Shown here: in pieces, positions 9,426 through 17,268 of the stretch
Layout: the number at the start of each line of letters is the position of its first letter
How positions within the stretch are numbered: position 1 is the first letter of the stretch
Assembly: GCA_031372065.1 (NCBI GenBank)
Contig: JANMKN010000146.1
Location: 1-22,776 of the forward strand
Length of the DNA stretch: 22,776 bases
DNA from: Abditibacteriaceae bacterium
GTDB lineage: Bacteria > Armatimonadota > Abditibacteriia > Abditibacteriales > Abditibacteriaceae
Direction: 5' to 3'
Program-made: the position numbers and the translations under genes
The notes under the pieces: model-generated
Databases searched by the model: none
The model's input: the letters and a program-made list of their open reading frames with translations, nothing else
Told to the model about the DNA's origin: nothing

Positions 9426-10136
9426 TTATATCTCCTCCACGAATCCAAAGATTTGAGACAGATTTTTTTCTTTGACACGAAAAGCTGTGCCATGATTACG
9501 AGCGCGTGTGACTTGGTCATGCAATCTTAAATCAACCAAGATATTTCCTGCTGCAATTTGCTCTTGAAGAATGTTAGGAGTAGTTCCATGCACGATTTGC
9601 GCTCTCGTATAGCTAAACCATTCTACACCATCTCGCTCTTCTGATTTAGCTGTTACCAAGACGAAGGCTGGAATTTTCTGTAAAAATCTTTTCGTTAAAT
9701 CTTCCATTTTCCACTCAGCCAAGATCTGACCCGAAATATGGCGCACAGAAATCGTTTCTGATTCAACGTGTAAAAATAATCCCGCTCCATTCGGTGTCGG
9801 AGACATGGTGTAATAAAGGCCCAATCGCCCATTTTTATCAAGTGAGCCATAAGTCTTTACAGCGTCCAGAGGCTTCATTTTCCACGCTTTGCGATTGAAC
9901 GTAAAAAGAGTGATCATGGAACTGGAATTAAGACGTTTTCCCTTCAATTCAACCTCACCCAAGTCAGGAAGCGCAATGTTGTTTTCAGTCATGCCGAGCA
10001 GTTGTTCCAAGGTATGACCAACACCAGTTGGGCCGCTGCGTCGTGCCTTTACAAAGCCCATTTCTTTAACTTTTTCAAATTTCTCTTTAAATTCTGCGAG
10101 GTCGTAATTGTGAGCCATGCGATTCAATTCCTTCAT
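9426..10136 (-). CDS. MvaI/BcnI-family type II restriction endonuclease
   Basis: TGVGHTLEQLLGMTENNIALPDLGEVELKGKR (PD..ELK core), ITLFT and C-terminal DLR...RNHGTAFR match the MvaI/BcnI family. The start may be ATG 10118, which has AAGGA upstream. Confidence 0.88.
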   Translation of the reverse strand: MKELNRMAHNYDLAEFKEKFEKVKEMGFVKARRSGPTGVGHTLEQLLGMTENNIALPDLGEVELKGKRLNSSSMITLFTFNRKAWKMKPLDAVKTYGSLDKNGRLGLYYTMSPTPNGAGLFLHVESETISVRHISGQILAEWKMEDLTKRFLQKIPAFVLVTAKSEERDGVEWFSYTRAQIVHGTTPNILQEQIAAGNILVDLRLHDQVTRARNHGTAFRVKEKNLSQIFGFVEEI

Positions 10137-10246
10137 TCAATTGTATCTAAGCGGCGCCTTGATTCCCAATAGAAGGAAAACTATATGAAAAGCTTGCCAA
10201 TAATCCGCATTCGTGATAAAAATTCAATCAATTTCCAAGGGAGGCA

Positions 10247-10981
10247 ATGAGTATGAACGACAAATTTGTGAACCGGATGGGGATGTTTAAGACGGCGCTG
10301 GACACGTTGAACAGCGCGCAGCATACGGCGACTTGGTTTAACAAAGACCCGAAAATCTTCACCGTCAAAGTAGCGCAGGCGGTGCAAGCGGTGGACGATT
10401 TGGGCAAATTCTGCCGTCAGCAGGGCATTAATCTCACCGGCGTGACGCAGGATAAAAAGCGCGAAGAACACGAAGCCGTCGAAGCAACCTATACTTTGGC
10501 CGGTCTTTTAATAGAGTGGTTCAAAGATGCCAAAGACCTCACCAACGCCGCCCAAGTTGATTTCACGCGGCGCGATTTATACAACGAACGCGACGAAACT
10601 GCCCTCGGTAAAATGCGCAACGTGCGCGATTTAGCGCAAGCAATCCTTGATGATGACGATCCGCAAACTGTCACCGCCGCCGCTGAATATGGCATCACTG
10701 CCCTCGTCGTGCAAGCCGCCGATAAGGAAATCGAAGAATTCGCCGTTGTGCTTAATGCGCCCAGTTCCAGCATTTCGCAACGCGCCGCACTTACCATACA
10801 ACTCCGTGCTCGTTTCAACGAAGTCGAAGCGAAATTCGTCAGCTTGGATAATCTAATTTTAGGCTTCAATAACACGCCCGAAGGCCGCGCTTTAATTGCC
10901 GCCTACGAAGCCTCACGCATCGTGCGCGATTTGGGCAGCGGTTCGGCGACGGCTCCCCAAACGCCGCCTGTCACGCCATAA
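10247..10981 (+). CDS. Hypothetical protein, 244 aa, predicted all-alpha helical with Pro/Thr tail
   Basis: Strong SD AAGGGAGG, long ORF and its own terminator. No recognisable catalytic motif. Confidence 0.85.
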   Translation: MSMNDKFVNRMGMFKTALDTLNSAQHTATWFNKDPKIFTVKVAQAVQAVDDLGKFCRQQGINLTGVTQDKKREEHEAVEATYTLAGLLIEWFKDAKDLTNAAQVDFTRRDLYNERDETALGKMRNVRDLAQAILDDDDPQTVTAAAEYGITALVVQAADKEIEEFAVVLNAPSSSISQRAALTIQLRARFNEVEAKFVSLDNLILGFNNTPEGRALIAAYEASRIVRDLGSGSATAPQTPPVTP

Positions 10982-10996
10982 GCAGTGGTCAGTGAG

Positions 10997-11037
10997 CAAA
11001 AAGCCGCGTTCGATTCTGTATCGAGCGCGGCTTTTTG
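10997..11037. terminator. Bidirectional intrinsic terminator between convergent genes
   Basis: CAAAAAGCCGCGTTCGAT-tctgt-ATCGAGCGCGGCTTTTTG followed by a T-run. Confidence 0.85.
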
Positions 11038-11054
11038 TTTTTTTCGTAGTGTGC

Positions 11055-11342
11055 TTAATTGTATCGCACAGCGCGGCGGCGACGAATCAGGCTCAACAAA
11101 AACACCAAAAGCACGCTGCCGAGAACGGCCCACACAATATCAATGGTGCGTCCGCCGACATGAACCGGCAATAGGCTGCCCATTTTCAAGACACCCTGCA
11201 ACCAATGGCCGATGAAGGCGCCGACAAACCCCACCACGGCGCTGACAGCGCAGCCGCCCAACGAATAACCGGCCAAAGATTCGCCGATGCCGCCAATGAT
11301 GGCGGACACGATAAACAGCACGACAAATTCACCTAATGACAT
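11055..11342 (-). CDS. GlsB/YeaQ/YmgE family (transglycosylase-associated) small membrane protein
   Basis: 95 aa, three Gly-rich TM helices (VVGFVGAFIGHWL; IVWAVLGSVLLVFLLSLI) and a basic tail. Confidence 0.85.
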   Translation of the reverse strand: MSLGEFVVLFIVSAIIGGIGESLAGYSLGGCAVSAVVGFVGAFIGHWLQGVLKMGSLLPVHVGGRTIDIVWAVLGSVLLVFLLSLIRRRRAVRYN

Positions 11343-11404
11343 AACAATCGCCTCTTGCCCGCTAAAAACGCAAATTACGCGCCATTCCGCCTTTAGAAAA
11401 AGAC

Positions 11405-11440
11405 AAAAATCCCGCCACGAGAATTCGTGGCGGGATTTTT
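11405..11440. terminator. Intrinsic terminator of the OFOR operon
   Basis: AAAAATCCCGCCACGA-gaat-TCGTGGCGGGATTTTT: perfect 16-bp stem. Confidence 0.9.
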
Positions 11441-11452
11441 ATGGAGATGAAC

Positions 11453-12319
11453 TTACTTGACTTGATACGAATGAAACAATTTTTGCAAATCCTGCGGCTT
11501 GCCACTGGGATTGCTTTTTTCAAGCACATCGGCAAAGCGGTCAGTCAAAGTCGGGCGCTCTTTTTTGTAAATCACGCCCAAATGCTCGGTTTGCGTGTCG
11601 AGGGCCAAACTCATCGCGGCTTGAAAATCTGTCGGATCATGCTGGCCTTCCAGCGGAATAATCGCGGCGTCCAATTCGTCGTAGGTTTTGTTGAAAACCA
11701 CGCACGGCGACAAGATTTGAATGAACGAAAAACCCTTGTGATTCATCGCTTCCTGATAAAGCGCCGCCAATTGTTTGGGTTTCGACGAATAGCCGCGCGC
11801 CACAAAACTGGCGCCGTAAATGAGCAGCATCGCCAAAGGATTGAGCGGTTCTTCATACTGACCGTGCGGGCTGGTTGTTGTTAGCTTGAAGCCGTGACCA
11901 ATGTCTCCGCTGCCAGTCGTGGGCGATGTTTGGCCCTTAGTCAGGCCATAAATGAAGTTGTCCATCACCACATAAGTGATGTCCACATTGCGCCGTGCGG
12001 CGTGCGGAATATGGCCGCCACCGATGGCAAAAGCATCGCCGTCGCCGCCAAAAGCCATGACAGTGAGGTCGGGATTCGCCAGCTTAATGCCAGTTGCCAC
12101 CGGCAAAGTGCGGCCATGAACAGTGTGAAAACCGTAGCTCTTGACGAAAACCGGCAAGCGGCTGGAGCAGCCGATGCCGGACACAATCACGGTTTTGGTG
12201 GGGTCTATTTGCATCGCCGCGAACGCTTGATAAAGGCCGGCCAACACGGCGAAATCGCCACAGCCGGGGCACCAAATCGGTTTCGCGTCGGTTTTGTAAT
12301 CTTTGGGTTGAAAAGGCAT
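11453..12319 (-). CDS. korB: 2-oxoacid:ferredoxin oxidoreductase subunit beta
   Basis: WCPGCGD, SGIGCSSR, HGR, TPP-binding GGDGD...MDNFIYGLTKGQTSPT, and SPCVVFN. Confidence 0.93.
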   Translation of the reverse strand: MPFQPKDYKTDAKPIWCPGCGDFAVLAGLYQAFAAMQIDPTKTVIVSGIGCSSRLPVFVKSYGFHTVHGRTLPVATGIKLANPDLTVMAFGGDGDAFAIGGGHIPHAARRNVDITYVVMDNFIYGLTKGQTSPTTGSGDIGHGFKLTTTSPHGQYEEPLNPLAMLLIYGASFVARGYSSKPKQLAALYQEAMNHKGFSFIQILSPCVVFNKTYDELDAAIIPLEGQHDPTDFQAAMSLALDTQTEHLGVIYKKERPTLTDRFADVLEKSNPSGKPQDLQKLFHSYQVK

Positions 12320-12334
12320 TTTGCTCCTTTGTCG

Positions 12335-12420
12335 CAGTTTTGAGTTAGGAATTTTGAGTTGAGAGTTAAAACGGATTCAATCTTTATTAACTCAAATCTC
12401 TGAACACAAAACTCCTAACT
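12335..12420. repeat. Inverted pair of heptamer tandem-repeat blocks (STRR-like) inside the OFOR operon
   Basis: CAGTTTT GAGTTAG GAATTTT GAGTTGA GAGTTAA (12335-12369), then TTAACTC AAATCTC TGAACAC AAAACTC CTAACT (12387-12420). Confidence 0.8.
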
Positions 12421-14380
12421 ATATCCTGCTGACGGCTACCGCGCCGCCCATATTGGCATCTTGTCCATCGTGGCCGGGTTGAGGCGCCGGGACTTGACGC
12501 TGTTTTTGCACGCGCGCCACTTGCGAAAGCACCGGCTCGCTGCGGTCATCGTCCCAATCGCTCAGTGACATGATGTGTCGCAGCAACTCATAAGGCGTAA
12601 ACGGCTGGCCGGTGCATTTGGTGAAACTCTCGACTTGCACATTCAGCGCGGCGCGCAAACGCTGCGCGAGTTGGCCGGTGTAATTCAGTTCGGCCACTAT
12701 AACGCGCGGATGCTTTTCCATGAAATCCAAAATGACATCGCCGGGCAGCGGATTCAGCAGCAAAATATGCAGTTGCGCGGCGGGCAAACCGTATTCGCTG
12801 GCGAGGTTAATCGCTTCCTGCATGGCGCCTTCGGTGGAACCCCAAGTGATGAAACCAATTTCCGCGTTCGGGTCGCCGAATTCGCGAGTGAACGTGCCTT
12901 TTTTAACGGCGTAATCCACCGCGACTTGCAACTTTTGATGGCGCTTGTCACTCATCTTTTTATGCGCCGCCGGTGAAATGTCGGGATTGCCGATTTCGTT
13001 GTGTTCCAAGCCGGTGGCGATGTAATACGTTGCGTCATCGTAAGGCTTTGCCATTGGCGAAATGCCGTTTTCGGTCAGTTGAAAACGCTTGTAATTTTCC
13101 AATTGCTCGGCTGTCGGGCGGGCACGACTAATAATTTCAAAATCGTTCACGTCCGGCTCTTCCATCGTCGCCGCCGCTTGCGCCAAATAAAAGTCGGTCA
13201 GGAAAAGCGTCGGCATCTGGCACATTTCGGCGAGGTTGAAAGCCTCTACGGTCATGGTGAAGCAATCTTCGACGTTGGCCGGCGCCAAAACGATGCGCGG
13301 TGCATCACCGTGGCCGCCGTAGATGGCGATATTTAAATCGCTTTGCTCTTGTTTGGTCGGCAAACCTGTCGAAGGGCCGCCGCGCTGGGCGTCGAAAATC
13401 ACGCAGGGAATTTCGGCCATCGAAGCAAGGCCGATTTCTTCGATCATCAGCGAAACGCCGGGGCCGCTGGTCGAAGTCGCCGCTTTGTAACCGGCGTAAC
13501 TGGCGCCCAAAACCATGCCCAAACTGGCGATTTCGTCTTCGGCCTGAATAACGCGCCCGCCGAATTTAGGCAGCATGACAGCGAGTTTTTCGAGAATCGT
13601 CGAAGCGGGCGTAATCGGATAACCGGCGAACACTTTCAAACCCGAAGCGATGGCGCCCAGTGCGATAGCGTCGTTGCCCGGCATGATAAGAATTTCTTTG
13701 GGTTCGCCCGGCTGGATGCGAAATGGGATTCTGTTGTCTAATCCGCTGGCGGCAGTGCGGCCCAACTGCAAGCCGTGCAGGTTGTTGGAAACCACTTTTT
13801 CGCCCTTGCGATCAAACTTTTTGTGAATCAAATCTTCAATCAGCGCCGGATCAACGCCAAGCAATTGGCAAATCGCGCCAAGAACCACCATATTCTTAGC
13901 TAAGGCGCCGCCGGCCTGCTTTTTGGCGATTTCGCCAAAGGGCAATTCATATTTCTGCGCGTCGGCGTTGGTATTGTCAACCTCGCAAGACGAATCGTAA
14001 ATCAGCACGCCATTGGGTTTCAAATCGGCCTTGTTGATTTGATAAACCTCGTTGTTGAAGCACACCAAAATGTCGAGATGCGAACCTTGCGAACGCGGTT
14101 GCGTTTCGCCGACGCGCACCTGAATCATCGCTGGGCCGCCTTTGATTTCGGCGGGCAAACTGGTGGTTTTGAAAATATTAAGGCCACATTTTGCCATTGT
14201 CAGCGAGAAAAACTCGCCGGTGGTAATGACACCTTCGCCGCCGTCTCCGGCAAAGCGGACAATCACATCATTGATGATATGATGCAGTGGTTCTTCGTAA
14301 ATATGCGGCGCGCCGTTTGACTTATTGGTTGGTATGGCGCCGTTTTGAGTTGCAGTCTCTTGTAACTCGGCCTGAGTCAT
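12419..14380 (-). CDS. korA: 2-oxoacid:ferredoxin oxidoreductase subunit alpha (fused gamma-alpha)
   Basis: Gamma domain FAGDGGEGV...PAEIKGG; alpha domain GYPITPAS, QAEDEIA, TSTSGPG and QRGGPSTGLPTKQEQSD; SD GGAGA. Substrate specificity cannot be determined from sequence. Confidence 0.93.
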   Translation of the reverse strand: MTQAELQETATQNGAIPTNKSNGAPHIYEEPLHHIINDVIVRFAGDGGEGVITTGEFFSLTMAKCGLNIFKTTSLPAEIKGGPAMIQVRVGETQPRSQGSHLDILVCFNNEVYQINKADLKPNGVLIYDSSCEVDNTNADAQKYELPFGEIAKKQAGGALAKNMVVLGAICQLLGVDPALIEDLIHKKFDRKGEKVVSNNLHGLQLGRTAASGLDNRIPFRIQPGEPKEILIMPGNDAIALGAIASGLKVFAGYPITPASTILEKLAVMLPKFGGRVIQAEDEIASLGMVLGASYAGYKAATSTSGPGVSLMIEEIGLASMAEIPCVIFDAQRGGPSTGLPTKQEQSDLNIAIYGGHGDAPRIVLAPANVEDCFTMTVEAFNLAEMCQMPTLFLTDFYLAQAAATMEEPDVNDFEIISRARPTAEQLENYKRFQLTENGISPMAKPYDDATYYIATGLEHNEIGNPDISPAAHKKMSDKRHQKLQVAVDYAVKKGTFTREFGDPNAEIGFITWGSTEGAMQEAINLASEYGLPAAQLHILLLNPLPGDVILDFMEKHPRVIVAELNYTGQLAQRLRAALNVQVESFTKCTGQPFTPYELLRHIMSLSDWDDDRSEPVLSQVARVQKQRQVPAPQPGHDGQDANMGGAVAVSRI

Positions 14381-14611
14381 GATAATTCTCCGTCCGATGT
14401 CCGGCTTTTAAAACTTTTCAACTTTGCCGACACGTCAAAAACCCAGCCGCGCGCAGCATTTTACACCGTGCGGGCCGGGTTTTGTGTGCACAAACCAGCG
14501 GAATAAAACCGGAATTTCGATTATGGCGCAGTTTAACAGTGACCTGCTAAGTAGTCAAAGAAAATCCACCCTAAAACAGCGAAAAGTGGTTCGTTTTATT
14601 AATAGGATTTT

Positions 14612-14767
14612 TTGCCACCTATTGCAGCCCACTGCTAAAGCAATGGGCTGAACTTTCAAAAGCCTCGTAAACGAGGCTAAAGATGGCAAGTCCAGCCTCG
14701 TTCACGAGGCTTTTGATTCCTTTCAGCCCACTCGTTTACGGGTGGGTTATAGGTAGCAACTTGGGTT
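14612..14767. mobile_element. Non-autonomous four-hairpin palindromic element (REPIN/IS200-IS605-type MITE-like)
   Basis: Terminal IR TTGCCACCTAT...ATAGGTAGCAA. Hairpins CAGCCCACTGCTAAAGCAATGGGCTG, AGCCTCGT-aa-ACGAGGCT, AGCCTCGT-tc-ACGAGGCT and AGCCCACTCGT-tt-ACGGGTGGGTT. Flanked by a 20-bp direct repeat. Confidence 0.75.
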
Positions 14768-16715
14768 AATAGGATTTTTTGCCACTCAGCCACACTCTTA
14801 TCGCCAGCAGCATGAAACGCGGCACATAACCCATGCGCTTCCAACGCGATGGGTCAATGAAAACGCGATAAAGCCATTCTAACCCGATGCGTTGCACCCA
14901 TTGCGGGGCGCGCTCGAATTTGCCCGCATAGACATCGAAGGAGCCGCCCACACCGAGGCTAACCGGCACATTCATGCGCTCCCTTTGCGCCGCGATAAAT
15001 TTTTCCTGCACCGGGATGCCCATCGCCACAAAGAGCACGTCTGGCGCCGCTTCACGCACTTGGTCGGCCATGCGCGCGTCGGCTTCTTCAATTGAAACTC
15101 CTTCGGCTTTGGCGTCGCGGCGCCAAAAACCGTGATGGGTGCCCGCAATGCGCAAACCGGGATATTTTTCGGCCAAATTCTTGGCCGCGATTTCCGCCAC
15201 GCCCGGCGCTCCGTTTTCGCCCGGTTCGCTGCCGAGAATGTAAATCGAATAACCTTTGGGCGCCGCAAACTCGCAAATGCCCGTCACCATGTCCACGCCG
15301 GTGACGCGTTCGTAAATCGGCAAATTCAAGAGGCGCATTCCCCAAATCACGCCGTAACCATCGGGCGTGGCCAATGCCGCGCGCTGAATGATGGCCGCAT
15401 ATTCGGGGTCTTGTTTGGCTTGCAAAATGGCGTTGGCGTCGCAAGTGACAACGTGATGCGGCTGCCGCGAGGCGATGAATTCCTCCATTTTTTGCAGCGC
15501 TTCTTGCATCGTGACAGCCGAAACTTTCACGCCAAAGGCTTCGATTTCGCTGGGAATTTCTTCGTCCGGCGCGCGGCGCATCAGGATGCGTGCGACGGAA
15601 TAAAACAGCAAAAATCCACTGGCGCCGATAAAGAGAAAGGCTATAATATGGGCAAAATTTCGCATTATTTCGCCGCCCGCCGAGAGTTGCAACAATAAAT
15701 AGCCTAAAATCGCCAGCCAAACGCCGATTGCGCTATAAAGCAGCGCAATTTTGGTCGGCGAAATGCCGCGCACTTGCAAACCTTCGTGCAAACGTGGCTT
15801 TTTACCATCAAGGCGTGGTCGCACGCGGTAAAACAAAACATCCACCAGCGGCAAGGCTAAAATCAAAAAGCACAACGCCAATGCTGTTTGTGGCGTAAGA
15901 TGCGGCAAGCCGAATACAACAATCTGCGCCAAGGTGAAGCTGGTCGCCAACGCGGCAGGCCAGCCAAGATTGAATTCGGGATTTTTAAAAGCCAGCGGCA
16001 CCGCAGCCAAACCCGCGCCGGCGATAGCGGCTCCGGCAGCGAAGGGAAAATATGACAGATTTGAGCCGGATTTTTGTAAAAACAGCAAAATGAGCAGCGC
16101 TACTACGCCGAAATAGCCGCCGCTTGCCTGTGGCACGCGGTTGAGTGCAGCTGTCAGGCGCGTGATGGCCCACATTAAAAAGATCGTCAGAAAAAAATTG
16201 AGCGCGCTAAAACCGAAAAATGAGCCGTCAATGGGATTTTCGCTGTAAGCGGAGCGCATCGTGCCCAATATCGCAATAGCAAACAGCGATGCTACAAGCA
16301 CGAAAATATCGGCTAACCAAGCCGGCTTGTTCAGTCGCATCCGAATTGCCGAGGCGGTGCAGAGCAGGGCGATCAACAGAAAAAGATAGCCATCTATGGG
16401 AATACCACGCCGAAACGTAAGATGCGCATTGCTGGCGGGAGCCGTCCCGGTGTCAATCGGTGTGTCACTGGTTGCAATAGAGGCCATTATGCGCGTTTGA
16501 TTGAGCGGTTCGTTTACTCGTTGCAACGTGTTTGCGGCCCAGCCGCCAGTGGCTGCCACCAAAACCGCCACCACGAATAAAGGGCAAAAAACGCCGGTGC
16601 GCTCAGACGACGAAATATTCGTCAGCCGCGTCCCGACTGTCATAATTAAGGCCGCAATAACAAAAACAAGGATGGCGATCATTCTCGATTGAAGCTCACA
16701 GGCTTTGATTTCCAT
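14766..16715 (-). CDS. Fusion of an N-terminal degenerate TagO/WecA/MraY-like multi-TM domain and a C-terminal WecB/TagA/CpsF (GT26) glycosyltransferase
   Basis: C-terminal PDGYGVIW...ERVTGVD...HHGF...DVLFVAMGIPVQE...GVGGSFD...RAPQWVQRIGLEWLYR...PSRWKR is classic TagA. About 11 TM segments precede it. The start may be ATG 16682. Confidence 0.88.
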   Translation of the reverse strand: MEIKACELQSRMIAILVFVIAALIMTVGTRLTNISSSERTGVFCPLFVVAVLVAATGGWAANTLQRVNEPLNQTRIMASIATSDTPIDTGTAPASNAHLTFRRGIPIDGYLFLLIALLCTASAIRMRLNKPAWLADIFVLVASLFAIAILGTMRSAYSENPIDGSFFGFSALNFFLTIFLMWAITRLTAALNRVPQASGGYFGVVALLILLFLQKSGSNLSYFPFAAGAAIAGAGLAAVPLAFKNPEFNLGWPAALATSFTLAQIVVFGLPHLTPQTALALCFLILALPLVDVLFYRVRPRLDGKKPRLHEGLQVRGISPTKIALLYSAIGVWLAILGYLLLQLSAGGEIMRNFAHIIAFLFIGASGFLLFYSVARILMRRAPDEEIPSEIEAFGVKVSAVTMQEALQKMEEFIASRQPHHVVTCDANAILQAKQDPEYAAIIQRAALATPDGYGVIWGMRLLNLPIYERVTGVDMVTGICEFAAPKGYSIYILGSEPGENGAPGVAEIAAKNLAEKYPGLRIAGTHHGFWRRDAKAEGVSIEEADARMADQVREAAPDVLFVAMGIPVQEKFIAAQRERMNVPVSLGVGGSFDVYAGKFERAPQWVQRIGLEWLYRVFIDPSRWKRMGYVPRFMLLAIRVWLSGKKSY

Positions 16716-16800
16716 CGTGCCTGCGGATTGTCCCTACAAACTATAACACGACGCGATTGAAAAGTTGGATAGCGTAGATTATATATACGATAATACAGCC

Positions 16801-17010
16801 TCGGATTCCTCAAAACCGGACTCGGAAATGCCAAAACCGGCCTCGGAAATGGGAAAAACCCACTCGGAAATGCGAAATCCGGCCTCGGAAATGGGAAAAA
16901 CCCACTCGGAAATGGGAAATCCGAGTGGGGAAATGCGAAATCCGAGTCCGGTTTTCCCATTTCCGAGTCCGGTTTTTCCCTTTCCGAGGGCGGTTTTCCC
17001 CTTTTCGAGA
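16801..17010. repeat. Array of about 10 21-bp units that switches orientation midway
   Basis: TCGGA[AT] begins units at 16801, 16822, 16843, 16864, 16885 and 16906 (e.g. TCGGAAATGGGAAAAACCCAC). Units at 16948, 16969 and 16990 (CCGGTTTTCCCATTTCCGAGT) are the reverse complement, in the same 21-bp register. Confidence 0.95.
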
Positions 17011-17021
17011 GCCTTTTTACC

Positions 17022-17060
17022 AAAAAACCGCGTGGAAATCGCTTTCCACGCGGTTTTTTT
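17022..17060. terminator. Intrinsic terminator downstream of ahcY
   Basis: AAAAAACCGCGTGGAAA-tcgc-TTTCCACGCGGTTTTTT: perfect 17-bp stem. Confidence 0.85.
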
Positions 17061-17262
17061 ATGGAGCGCGGGCATCCTGCCCGCAAAATCTACTCTGCGG
17101 ACAGAATGCCCTTAGGTTTGGCTTTCACGCCGGTTGAAACCAGCGTCTGGAGGAGCAAAGCCTGCCTTTGCAGGCTCGAAATCAAGGCTGCAAGGCCACG
17201 AAGGTGGCCTTGGCTCTTGCAGACGCTGGTTTCAACCGGCGTGAAAGCCAAACCCGCACCAT
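17061..17262. repeat. REP doublet (GGAGCGCGGGCATCCTGCCCGC type), right arm interrupted
   Basis: Left arm ATGGAGCGCGGGCATCCTGCCCGCA (17061-17085). Right arm TGCGGACAGAATGCCC (17096-17111) resumes as CGCACCAT (17255-17262). Confidence 0.7.
17115..17254. mobile_element. 140-bp palindromic element (REPIN/MITE-like) with perfect 35-bp terminal inverted repeats
   Basis: GGTTTGGCTTTCACGCCGGTTGAAACCAGCGTCTG (17115-17149) and its exact reverse complement (17220-17254). Inner hairpins AGCCTGC-cttt-GCAGGCT and CAAGGCCAC-gaag-GTGGCCTTG. Confidence 0.85.
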
Positions 17263-17268
17263 AGTTAT

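Noticed and set aside
7785..11367. GCCCGCTAAAA at 7785-7795 and 11357-11367 as att sites of the R-M island
   Set aside because: Only 11 bp, no integrase or tRNA, and it would include the host-like GlsB gene; compatible with chance.
16679..17137. Four overlapping ORFs on both strands across array 2
   Set aside because: Open frames arise from a stop-free repeat with period divisible by 3. They run through a terminator and REP and lack credible starts.
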